A stretch of DNA of 64,000 bases, taken from assembly GCA_016715075.1 (NCBI GenBank), contig JADKBK010000005.1:20541-84540 (forward strand). The letters are read 5' to 3'. Positions 9,641 to 17,535 of this stretch are shown here, in pieces (the stretch's first letter is position 1; every line of letters starts with the position of its first letter). Source of the DNA: Bacteroidales bacterium (lineage in GTDB: Bacteria; Bacteroidota; Bacteroidia; Bacteroidales; VadinHA17). Position numbers and translations under genes: made by a program. The notes beneath the pieces are model-generated. The model searched no databases and had not been told where the DNA came from. It was given only the letters and a program-made list of their open reading frames with translations.

Positions 9641-10539
9641 CATCAGGGGAACGTGTTCTGACTGCTTTAAGAGGCGGTACCCCCGACAGGGTTCCGGTTT
9701 GGGAGTATCTGTTCAGTCTGAAGCTGATGAAGGAGGTGATGGGTTATACCACAGAACTTTATGATGGCACAACTCAGACAAAAATGGCCGCCAGAATGGG
9801 GCTCGATGTTATCTGGGCGCCTATAAACGGTTTTTGTGGCATCGAAGATGTCCCGCACGCTCTGAATGAGTTATATCTTGATGAATGGGGTGTTACATAC
9901 CAGAAGAATGGCTGGCCTATAATTGCTCAGATCAGCACTGCAGTAAAGACAAGGGAAGACTGGCTTCAGTACAAAATACCAGAGGTGAATACTCCGGGAA
10001 GGCTTAAGATCCTGAAGGATGTGATTAAGGCAAACGATTCAGATCTGGCCGTTGCAGCCGGCCTGTTGGGTCCGTTTACAATGATGTCATGGTATCTCAT
10101 GGATTTTGAGACCCTGTCTATGGCAATATTTATGGATCCTGATCTGGTACACGAAATGACAGATGCTTTTGTAACATGGGCATTGGAAGCTGCAGCGCTC
10201 GCATATCAGACCGGTGGTGTTGATGCATTTCATATCTCTGATGACTGGGGAGGCACAGGCGGTTTACTGATCTCACCCGACCATTTCAGGGAGTTTTTTC
10301 TTAAGCCTTTTGAAAGACTTGTATCGGGACTTAAATCTTATGGTGTGCCGGTAATTATGCACAATGACGGCAATTTATGGGAGATACTTGATGATCTGGT
10401 CGGTACAGGTATTGATGCTTACCATCCTGTGGAAAGGGCGGCTACAATGGATCTTGTCACTGTAAAGCAAAAGTATAGTGGGAGGATCTGCCCGATTGGA
10501 AACGTGAATGCACCTTGCACCTTGCACCTTGAACCTTGA
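9637..10539 (+). CDS. URO-D/MtaA-family protein, paralogue 1, C-terminally truncated (possible pseudogene)
   Basis: N-terminus GERVLTALRGGTPDRVPVW and core ISDDWGGTGGLLISPDHFREF fit the uroporphyrinogen decarboxylase-like fold. It aligns with 13896..14918 up to PIGNVN. The last 11 codons then read into the heptamer array, so about 50 C-terminal residues are missing. It has HND where the intact paralogue has HIC. Confidence 0.6.
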   Translation: MTSGERVLTALRGGTPDRVPVWEYLFSLKLMKEVMGYTTELYDGTTQTKMAARMGLDVIWAPINGFCGIEDVPHALNELYLDEWGVTYQKNGWPIIAQISTAVKTREDWLQYKIPEVNTPGRLKILKDVIKANDSDLAVAAGLLGPFTMMSWYLMDFETLSMAIFMDPDLVHEMTDAFVTWALEAAALAYQTGGVDAFHISDDWGGTGGLLISPDHFREFFLKPFERLVSGLKSYGVPVIMHNDGNLWEILDDLVGTGIDAYHPVERAATMDLVTVKQKYSGRICPIGNVNAPCTLHLEP

Positions 10540-10586
10540 ACCTTGAACCTTGAACCTTGAACCTTGAACCCTAACCCCTAACCCCC
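10510..10586. repeat. Heptamer tandem array (3x GCACCTT, 5x GAACCTT, 3 degenerate AACCCYN units)
   Basis: Read directly; period 7. It overlaps the 3-prime end of the truncated URO-D ORF and ends 8 nt before the MFS start codon. Confidence 0.9.
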
Positions 10587-10594
10587 GATCCCTC

Positions 10595-11947
10595 ATGAAC
10601 AAAGTCCTTATACAATGTACAATTGCTTCCGCCCTTGGCGGGTTGTTGTTTGGCTACGATACCGTGATCATTAACGGTGCAATGCTCGATCTGGTAAAGC
10701 ATTTTAACCTGACACCAGCTATCCAGGGCTGGACGGTCAGTTCGGCGCTTGTTGGCTGCATACTTGGAACAATACTGATGGGCAAGCCGGGTGATATATT
10801 TGGAGCTCAGAGATTATTGCAGCTGCTTGCAGTACTGTTTCTTATTTCTGCAGTTGGATGTGGTCTGGCTCCTACTATCAGTGTTTTCATTCTTTTCAGG
10901 TTTATCGGCGGTCTGGCCATAGGAGGTGCATCCGTCATCTGTCCTGTTTATATTTCGGAAATATCTCCGCCGAAACACAGGGGATTGCTTGCTTCAACAT
11001 TTCAGCTCGCAATAGTATTTGGGATATTGTTATCACTTATATCCAACTACCTGCTTCTCAATATCGGAGAAAATAACTGGCGTTGGATGCTTTTCAGCGG
11101 CGCATTGCCTGCCGTGGCATTTTTTGTTATGCTTTTCTTTATCAGGAAAAGTCCGCGCTGGCTGGTGAAAAAAGGCAGGATAGAAGAGGCAAGAAAGAAT
11201 ATTGAAGATCTTTCATCTCATGAAATAGATACTGAACAAACCTTATCGGAAATCAGGGAATCAATAAATATTGAGGATGCAGGAAAAAAAATAAACCTAT
11301 TTAAGAAGCCTTACAGGAAGATTGTCTGGCTAGGGATATTTGTTGGTATTTTTAGTCAGCTTACCGGAATAGGAGTTGTCTTCTATTACTCAGCTCAGAT
11401 TTTCAGTATTGCAGGTTTTTCTCCCGATACCTCCATGCTTCAAAGTGTGATACTAGGTTTGACCAACCTGGTCTTCACATTGATCGCAATGCTTCTCATT
11501 GACAGGGTAGGAAGAAAGAAACTGTTAATAATTGGACAGCTTGGAATGGTGGCTGTGCTGGGATTGTTCGGATACGGATTACTCTCGGGAAATATTACAG
11601 GTTACTGGCTTGTTGTACTGCTGGTTGCGTATATAGCTTTCTTCGCTGCTTCAATGGGGGTGGTGATCTGGGTCATGTTATCTGAAATGTTTCCGAATAT
11701 TATCAGGGCCAGGGGTGCTTCACTCGGGTCATTTGCGAACTGGGGAGTAAGTGCCTCTCTAAACTTCCTCTTTCCGCAGGTAGTCGGATTATTCGGAACA
11801 ACACTGGCTCAGCAGCAGATGGGCATGAGCTATGCTTTCCTGTTTCTCGCCGGGATGACACTCTTAGGATTCTTCTTCCTGAAGAACAAGATTATCGAAA
11901 CCAAAGGGAAATCACTGGAACAGATTGAAAAAGAGGTTCTTTGTTAA
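10595..11947 (+). CDS. MFS sugar porter family transporter
   Basis: GGLLFGYDTVIINGA, RKSPRWLVKKGR (the PESPRWL-like sugar porter signature), IDRVGRKKLL, and about 12 hydrophobic segments. Confidence 0.85.
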   Translation: MNKVLIQCTIASALGGLLFGYDTVIINGAMLDLVKHFNLTPAIQGWTVSSALVGCILGTILMGKPGDIFGAQRLLQLLAVLFLISAVGCGLAPTISVFILFRFIGGLAIGGASVICPVYISEISPPKHRGLLASTFQLAIVFGILLSLISNYLLLNIGENNWRWMLFSGALPAVAFFVMLFFIRKSPRWLVKKGRIEEARKNIEDLSSHEIDTEQTLSEIRESINIEDAGKKINLFKKPYRKIVWLGIFVGIFSQLTGIGVVFYYSAQIFSIAGFSPDTSMLQSVILGLTNLVFTLIAMLLIDRVGRKKLLIIGQLGMVAVLGLFGYGLLSGNITGYWLVVLLVAYIAFFAASMGVVIWVMLSEMFPNIIRARGASLGSFANWGVSASLNFLFPQVVGLFGTTLAQQQMGMSYAFLFLAGMTLLGFFFLKNKIIETKGKSLEQIEKEVLC

Positions 11948-11978
11948 TGCTAAATGAATAAATGCTAAATGCTTAATA
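11944..11978. repeat. Left arm of the four-helix-bundle cassette: 5 boxes T(T/A)AATG
   Basis: Boxes at 11944, 11951, 11959, 11966 and 11973, spaced 7-8 nt. They approximate the reverse complement (TTAATGG) of the CCATTAA array on the other side of the gene. Confidence 0.6.
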
Positions 11979-12051
11979 GAATATTTTATATGTTTTTAAG
12001 GTGAAGTATTAAATACTAATTATCTAATATTATTTATTTAATTATTTTGGT

Positions 12052-12414
12052 ATGAAAGAGAATATTCTAAAGACAAAATCTTATGCATTTGCATTAAATG
12101 TCATTAAACTTTATCAGAAGCTTTCTTCAGAAAAAAAAGAATTTGTCCTTTCAAAGCAAATACTCAGATCAGGTACTTCCATAGGTGCCAACATTGAGGA
12201 AGCTAATCAGGCTGAATCTAAACGAGATTTTATACATAAGCTTGGTATTGCACAAAAGGAGGCTAATGAGACACATTACTGGATTCGATTATTGACAGAT
12301 AGTAATTATATCGTTCAAAGTGTTTCCATAATCTTAAAGGATGATTGTGAGGAATTAATCAAATTGATAACATCATCCATTAAGACCGCAAAAAACAACC
12401 TTGATAATGCTTAA
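12052..12414 (+). CDS. Four-helix-bundle protein (23S rRNA intervening-sequence protein family)
   Basis: 120 aa. SYAFALNVIKLYQKL...ILRSGTSIGANIEEA...SKRDFIHKLGIAQKEANETHYWIRLL is the classic signature of this family. Confidence 0.85.
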   Translation: MKENILKTKSYAFALNVIKLYQKLSSEKKEFVLSKQILRSGTSIGANIEEANQAESKRDFIHKLGIAQKEANETHYWIRLLTDSNYIVQSVSIILKDDCEELIKLITSSIKTAKNNLDNA

Positions 12415-12431
12415 TGAAATAGTGCTGAATT

Positions 12432-12634
12432 CATTAACCATTAACCATTAACCATTAACCATTAACCATTAACCATTAACCATTAACCATTAACCATTAA
12501 CCATTAACCATTAACCATTAACCATTAACCATTAACCATTAACCATTAACCATTAACCATTAACCATTAACCATTAACCATTAACCATTAACCATTAACC
12601 ATTAACCATTAACCATTAACCATTAACCATTAAA
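12432..12634. repeat. Perfect tandem array, 29 x CCATTAA
   Basis: 203 nt with period 7. I could see no interruption across four sequence lines. Confidence 0.95.
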
Positions 12635-12645
12635 ACAAATTACCA

Positions 12646-13720
12646 AAACTAACGGGAGAGATACTTACAATTCTGGCAGGAAAAGGTCAGGGACCAGTTT
12701 GGCGGGTAGCTGTCGGATTACTGGGCTAACTCCCTTATCAAAAGAGGCCTTAAACCGAAGAATTTTATTCTTTCGGATGAGTATATCCAGTGGCACCGTG
12801 ACGGGGCCGCTCACCCCTTATACATTTTCTCTGGCTGTGAGGTAAAAGAATGGTATGAAGGTCATCGTCATTACAAAGAAATAGTTACACCCTGCGGTTC
12901 GGTAAGAGAATGCTGGGAATTCATCCCTACATCATTTTCTGATGCCCCTGTTGAACACTTCATGAAATCGGAAGCGGATATACCGATAATGAAGTTTATA
13001 TATGAAAATACAAGTTTTGAACCTGATTATGACCAGGCATATCTCAGAAAGAAACAGGTGGGTGAACAGGGCCTTGTCCTCTGTTACCTTCCTAAAAGCC
13101 CGTTTATGCATCTGCTGGCTCTTGAAGCTGGGGTCATGACAGTTACAATGGCTGCACTTACTGCCCCTGAAGAGTTTAAAGACCTTCTTGATACAATGAA
13201 AAAGGCCTTTGATCAGGCTGCCAGGATTGCTGTTGATAGTCCGGCTGAAGTACTTATGATCCCGGAGAACCTTTCCTCGGAAATGGTAGGCCCTGAACTG
13301 TTTGAGTTGTATATGTCAGGTTATCAGAAGGAATGGACAAAAAAGATCAGTGAAGCCGGTAAATACTCATTTATACATATTGATGGTACACTTGCCGGTT
13401 TACTGAAAGAGGAAGCCGCAGTAGGATTTACAGTACTTGAAGCCCTTACACCTGATCCGGTTGGAGATATGAAGTGGGAAGATCTTGAGTCATTTACCGG
13501 TGATTCGAAAAGTATCCTCTGGGGAGGCATCCCGGGTTCTTATTTTACTGATTGTGTAAGTGATGATGAATTTGACAGACATGTTAAATACCTGCTGGAG
13601 ATCATGGTCAGCAAACCCCGCTTTGTGCTTGGTGTTGCCGACCAGGTGCCTCCCGATGGATTGGAGCGCCGTGTAAAACGTGTTTCAGAACTTGTAAATA
13701 AATATGGATTTTATCATTAA
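12646..13720 (+). pseudogene. URO-D/MtaA-family protein, paralogue 2, start codon missing and frameshifted near 12715
   Basis: Frame 1 (12634-12729) reads NKLPKLTGEILTILAGKGQGPVWRVAVG with no ATG/GTG/TTG and begins directly after the heptamer array. Homology continues in frame 2 (DYWANSLIKRGL...) into the ORF-track ORF 12962..13720. Removing one G of GG 12715-12716 joins the frames. IHIDG and GVADQVPP replace the HxC...C motif. Confidence 0.55.
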
Positions 13721-13730
13721 TTTTAATTGC

Positions 13731-13810
13731 CACAAAGGCACAAAGGCATAAAGGCATAAAGGCACAAAGGCGCAAAGGCACAAAGGCACAAAGGCATAAA
13801 GGCATAAAAC
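13731..13810. repeat. Octamer tandem array, 10 x CA(C/T)AAAGG
   Basis: Read directly. It is followed by three approximate inverse boxes (TTGATG / CTTGATG / CCTTGATGG) at 13829-13854. Confidence 0.9.
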
Positions 13811-13895
13811 AACACAAGGGTTGTATTATTTGATGGGACTTGATGCCTTGATGGCTGAATAAATAAGAAAGTAATTATTTAAAAAAGAATGAATT

Positions 13896-14918
13896 ATGAA
13901 TGGCTATGAAAGAATAAACGCTGCATTGAAAGGTGAAAAGCCCGATAAGGTGCCGGTTATGCTGCATAATTTTATGCTGGCGGCAAGGGAACATAATATA
14001 ACAATGTCACAGTATCGGGATAATCCGAAACTGATAGCAGAATGTTTTATTGCTTCAATTGAGAAGTATCAATATGATGGTATACTTATCGATATCGATA
14101 CTGTTACACTGGCCGGTGCCGTGGGGGTGCCTGTTGATTTTCCGGTTGATGATCCGGCAAGGTCGCATGAAGGAAATCTGTTAAACCTGGAGGATGTATT
14201 CAAACTCAAACCCGCTAACATTGAAAACTACAGGTATGTCCAGAACTGTCTGGAAGCAGTGCGTATTCTTAAAGAGTATTATAAGGATGAGATATTTATA
14301 AGAGGCAACTGTGACCAGGCTCCTTTTTCACTTGCAAGTATGATGCGGGGAGCACAGACATGGATGCTCGATCTGATGATGGGTACGGGAGAGCAGATCA
14401 ACACTCTGCTTGAATATTGCCTTGATGCAGGTACTCAGTTTATAAAACTTATGTGCCAGACCGGTTGTGATATGGTCTCAAATGGCGATAGTCCTGCCGG
14501 CCCGGAGATGATATCTTCTGACATGTATGTGAAATATGCACTTCCATTTGAAAAAAGACTCGCTGACGCAGCCCACAATGAAGGGGTTAAATATGCCCTC
14601 CATATCTGCGGCAATACAGATGTCATTCTTGAGCATATGCTTACAACAGGAGCTGAAGCAATTGATCTGGATTATAAAACAGATATAAGAAAAATTTATG
14701 ATGCTTTTCATGATAAGACAACTCTTATCGGAACAATTGATCCCAGCGGAGTGCTGGCACTCGGAACACCCGATGATGTAAGAGAAAAAGCTTTGGAATT
14801 GCTGAACCTATACCGCAATTCAAACCGGTTTATCATTAATGCAGGATGTGCCATTCCTCCGACAACACCTTCCGTGAACATCAAAACTTTGATAGAAACT
14901 GCACGTAATTTCAGATAG
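13896..14918 (+). CDS. URO-D/MtaA-family protein, paralogue 3, intact, with MtaA-type HxC...C zinc motif
   Basis: 340 aa. YERINAALKGEKPDKVPVM at the N-terminus. LHICGNT and NAGCAIPPTTP match the His-x-Cys...Cys zinc ligand pattern of methylcobamide:CoM methyltransferase-like members of the URO-D fold. Confidence 0.75.
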   Translation: MNGYERINAALKGEKPDKVPVMLHNFMLAAREHNITMSQYRDNPKLIAECFIASIEKYQYDGILIDIDTVTLAGAVGVPVDFPVDDPARSHEGNLLNLEDVFKLKPANIENYRYVQNCLEAVRILKEYYKDEIFIRGNCDQAPFSLASMMRGAQTWMLDLMMGTGEQINTLLEYCLDAGTQFIKLMCQTGCDMVSNGDSPAGPEMISSDMYVKYALPFEKRLADAAHNEGVKYALHICGNTDVILEHMLTTGAEAIDLDYKTDIRKIYDAFHDKTTLIGTIDPSGVLALGTPDDVREKALELLNLYRNSNRFIINAGCAIPPTTPSVNIKTLIETARNFR

Positions 14919-15081
14919 AATTGATATTGCCAATAAGTGTGTGATATACCTTCGTGAATCTTAAAGAAGCACTTTATGCACCTCAGTGGTTAAAATGAAA
15001 TTTGAACAGCATCAGTACAAAGGATGTCAAAAAACAACAGATAGGGTAGAATAATATTCCTTACATTTAATTTTTAAGAAT

Positions 15082-17490
15082 ATGAACAGGTTGTTTGGAT
15101 CAACTATCAGATTATTCGTCTTCGCAGCATTTTTAGTTTTTTGCTGTTTCAGTGCTGTTAGTAAGGCCGCTGATCCGTCGAATGTAACCGCTTCCTCATC
15201 AGGATGGACAATAACGGCTGATACTAAAGCCGGCACTCTTCTCCTTTCCCATGATAGTCTTGGGGTGGTTCTGAAGGATATAACTCTTAATGTAAGAAAC
15301 AGGAACTATCTCCGACCATTGAAAGAATGGACTGTCGTAAAACAGGTTGATAACAGGCTTGAGCTTAGGACTGAGCATCCGGCTTCATCCTGGACCTTTG
15401 AATTGAATCATGACAATATAATTTTCTCTGCCACAACAGCCGATCTTTTTCTTTCCGCTAAAGCTCCTGCATCTTCTGACAGGGTAGTGGCACGGCTGAT
15501 TGATCCCGCTGGAGTACCTGTTAACTGGAGAGGAACTGAAGAGATCACTGTCTCCTGGAATGGGCAAGACACTCAGAATCCATCATTTCTTCCTTCCAGA
15601 AACCCTGAAGTGATGACCTTTGCCCTCGGGCAGGTATCCTCCTCAAACCTTCACAGCCTGTTTGACCGGAAAATGGATATTGCACTCAATTTCTCAGACC
15701 AGACTACGATGAGCCGTAATATACAGGATCATGATCTGCTTGATCTGGTAATTCCTGTTCCGGGCAGCACCATATTGCGATTGATCCCTGATTACTATAC
15801 AAAGAATCTGGGCCTTCCGTATTATAGCAGGTTTGATGACTCCGTATTTCCTTCTGCTCCTCTGATATGGGGCAGTTGGACGGCGTACTATTATGAAGCC
15901 CGTGAATCAGATATTATCGCAAACACTGACTGGCTTGCGCAAAATCTTAAGCCTTACGGATTTCAGTACGTCCAGCTTGATGACGGGTATGACAGAGGTA
16001 AGGATGAGGGACACTACTGGATCGAAAACTGGAATAAGACACTTTTTCCCCATGGGCCGGGATGGCTTGCGAATTATATAAAATCTAAGGGTTTGCACCC
16101 TGGACTATGGCTGGTTCCGAACTCTTATGCCGGTTTCATAGGTACCCATCCTGAATGGTACCTGTACAACAAATCGGGAAATGTTATCCAGGATTACAAG
16201 ACGCCGGCACTTGATCATACGAATCCTGCAGTTCAGGATTGGCTTGACAAACTATTCACCACACTGAAAGGGTGGGGATTCGAATACTATAAGTTCGACG
16301 GCGAATTCTCGCTTCCCAAATATGTTCCGGATCTGGATACCAGCAGACTTTTTGACAACTCCATCGATCCGCTAACAGCCTACCGTGAACGGTTGAAACT
16401 GATCCGAAAGGTTATTGGACCTGAAACATTTGTTGAGGGTTGTGTTGCCGGCACACCGCTGAACGGGATAGGCTATTTTAATTCCTGCTTCAACGGGGAT
16501 GATATGTATAACAGCTGGAAGGGATCATATGCAGTCTTCAGTTCCATCAATGCAAATGCTTTCCTGAATCATATGGTAATGTATGTCATGCCGGGGGAGG
16601 GAATTGATGTTTCCCCTCTGATGAGCGTGGAAGAATCCAGACAGAAGATGGCGCCAAGGTCAATCCAGGTAGCTCTTACAAGGGAAGATCCATTCACCGG
16701 ATTTGGAACTACTCTTCCTGAGGCACGAACTCTGGTGTCAATTATCTCCCTGACAGGGGTGGCATATCCTCTGACCAGCATTATGCCACGCCTCCCTGAG
16801 GAGAGAGTGTCCCTACTGAAGATGACAATGCCGACTCTGCCGATTATTCCTGTTGACCTTTTCAGCAGAGGCTCAGATATTACCTGGGATAAATTTAAAT
16901 TCACAACTCCCGAGAGTTACATCCATAATTATCCCGAAATTATCGATCTGAAGGTAAATGCAATTTCAGGAATTTATGATGTTGCAGCTTTCACCAACTG
17001 GAGAGGAGAAAAAATTTCAAAGTCACTATCCCTTCCGGACAAGCTTGGGCTGGAAAGTGGAAGATCATATATTATTTTTGATTTTTGGAATCAGAAACTG
17101 ATGGGAATATCAAATGAGATGATTGATGTGGATATTGAACCGCATGATACCCGGGTTCTTCTGATCCATAAGATCCAGGGACAACCGCAGCTGATAGGCA
17201 ACTCCAGGCATATTTCAGGTGTTCATTCCATCATAGATCTGAAATGGAACGCTGCCGAAAAAATGCTAAGAGGGGAATCAGAGACTATCAGCGGAGAGCT
17301 CTATTCTCTTTTTGTCTATGTGCCTGACGGAATGTACCTGGCAAATGTAAAAGCGGTCACAAAAGATAACCGGGAAGTACCGGCGACATCTGTTGTGGCA
17401 GGCAATTTATTAAAGATCAGTCTTGAAGGGCAGGCAGATCCGGTGCAATGGCAGGTTCAGTTCTCTAATGGTTCCAGAAACGGACGATAA
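15082..17490 (+). CDS. Clan GH-D (GH36-like) alpha-galactosidase-like glycoside hydrolase, secreted
   Basis: Signal peptide. YVQLDDGYDRGKDEGHYWIENWNKTLFPHGPGWLANYIKSKGLHPGLWLVP and YYKFDGEF resemble the GH36/GH27 catalytic (beta/alpha)8 core. The family assignment is approximate. Confidence 0.55.
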   Translation: MNRLFGSTIRLFVFAAFLVFCCFSAVSKAADPSNVTASSSGWTITADTKAGTLLLSHDSLGVVLKDITLNVRNRNYLRPLKEWTVVKQVDNRLELRTEHPASSWTFELNHDNIIFSATTADLFLSAKAPASSDRVVARLIDPAGVPVNWRGTEEITVSWNGQDTQNPSFLPSRNPEVMTFALGQVSSSNLHSLFDRKMDIALNFSDQTTMSRNIQDHDLLDLVIPVPGSTILRLIPDYYTKNLGLPYYSRFDDSVFPSAPLIWGSWTAYYYEARESDIIANTDWLAQNLKPYGFQYVQLDDGYDRGKDEGHYWIENWNKTLFPHGPGWLANYIKSKGLHPGLWLVPNSYAGFIGTHPEWYLYNKSGNVIQDYKTPALDHTNPAVQDWLDKLFTTLKGWGFEYYKFDGEFSLPKYVPDLDTSRLFDNSIDPLTAYRERLKLIRKVIGPETFVEGCVAGTPLNGIGYFNSCFNGDDMYNSWKGSYAVFSSINANAFLNHMVMYVMPGEGIDVSPLMSVEESRQKMAPRSIQVALTREDPFTGFGTTLPEARTLVSIISLTGVAYPLTSIMPRLPEERVSLLKMTMPTLPIIPVDLFSRGSDITWDKFKFTTPESYIHNYPEIIDLKVNAISGIYDVAAFTNWRGEKISKSLSLPDKLGLESGRSYIIFDFWNQKLMGISNEMIDVDIEPHDTRVLLIHKIQGQPQLIGNSRHISGVHSIIDLKWNAAEKMLRGESETISGELYSLFVYVPDGMYLANVKAVTKDNREVPATSVVAGNLLKISLEGQADPVQWQVQFSNGSRNGR

Positions 17491-17535
17491 CTGAAGAATA
17501 TTTTCCTCCGACAGGATACTTTAAAATATTAACAA

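Noticed and set aside
10566-10586. Telomere-like sequence aaccctaacccctaaccccc (CCCTAA-type).
   Set aside because: There are only 2-3 degenerate units at the decaying end of a GAACCTT heptamer array, inside an otherwise bacterial gene context. It is most simply drift of the heptamer.
12432-12634. The tandem arrays (also 10510-10586, 13731-13810, 53397-53478) as CRISPR arrays.
   Set aside because: The units are 7-8 nt and directly tandem with no spacers. No cas genes and no leader are present. They are microsatellite-like arrays.
13608-13817. Repeat-encoded peptides (MCCFMPLCLCAF... here; MIPLCSLCKF...HREFTEAHRE at 5350-5559; 10375-10602).
   Set aside because: Their sequences are simply translations of the box arrays or palindromes. 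They overlap real genes or depend on repeat phase, so there is no evidence of coding.
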